Shown here in pieces: positions 63,827 to 64,000 of a stretch of 64,000 nt of DNA. Numbering within the stretch: the stretch's first letter is position 1; every line of letters begins with the position of its first letter. The notes under the pieces were generated by a model that worked only from the letters and a program-made list of their open reading frames with translations, was not told where the DNA came from and made no database searches. The translations under genes and the position numbers were made by a program. This DNA is from Bdellovibrionales bacterium (lineage in GTDB: Bacteria > Bdellovibrionota > Bdellovibrionia > Bdellovibrionales > UBA1609): contig CBDHDF010000002.1 in NCBI GenBank assembly GCA_965261545.1, positions 64,001 through 128,000 on the forward strand, given 5' to 3'.

Positions 63827-64000
63827 TTATTTTAATGACATTGAGGCGTCATTTTTCCCAAGCACGGATCGTGGCTGGCCAGTTTTATCAATGGCCACAT
63901 AGACGAAGATGCCCTCTGTCACTTTGACCTCAGATCCTGTGAGTTGATGACGTGCCCATGTTTCAATGAAGGTGGTGATGGAGGTGTTGCCAATTTGTAC
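63827..64000 (-). CDS. Acyl-CoA thioesterase (YciA-like), 3' part
   Basis: Manual translation IGNTSIT...VTEGIFVYVAIDKTGQPR; runs off the window edge. Confidence 0.75.
   Translation of the reverse strand, partial: VQIGNTSITTFIETWARHQLTGSEVKVTEGIFVYVAIDKTGQPRSVLGKNDASMSLK

Noticed and set aside
40404..63902. Many short antisense or alternate-frame ORFs over core genes
   Set aside because: They are shadow ORFs of well-supported genes with no independent evidence.

Overview
The window has two halves. 1-40271 is a decayed accessory region packed with IS elements, and 40272-64000 is mostly core metabolic genome (oppABC, sufE, NtrC-type regulator, scoBA, thiolase, gap, aconitase, pgk, class III cyclase, ndk). 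The accessory half reads as two related islands in tandem at a tRNA-Leu(CAA) site, each ending in the same 249-bp arm plus a tRNA fragment. The first carries a three-gene Druantia-like anti-phage operon, whose ~1960-aa DUF1998 helicase is split by an IS21 with a 5-bp target duplication, and a HigBA-like TA pair. The second carries a tyrosine integrase and excisionase, a head-to-tail IS110 dimer with a candidate bridge RNA, an IS91-like element, a RES/Xre-type TA pair and nested IS stacks (IS21, IS1634, IS5/ISNCY, IS256, a DUF6431-DDE transposon). The most unusual signal is a ~98-nt hairpin built from DnaA-box sequences. It lies downstream of istB in two otherwise divergent IS21 elements and shows compensatory changes and strand-biased G-U pairs. 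All family assignments come from reading motifs by eye; no database searches or folding programs were run.
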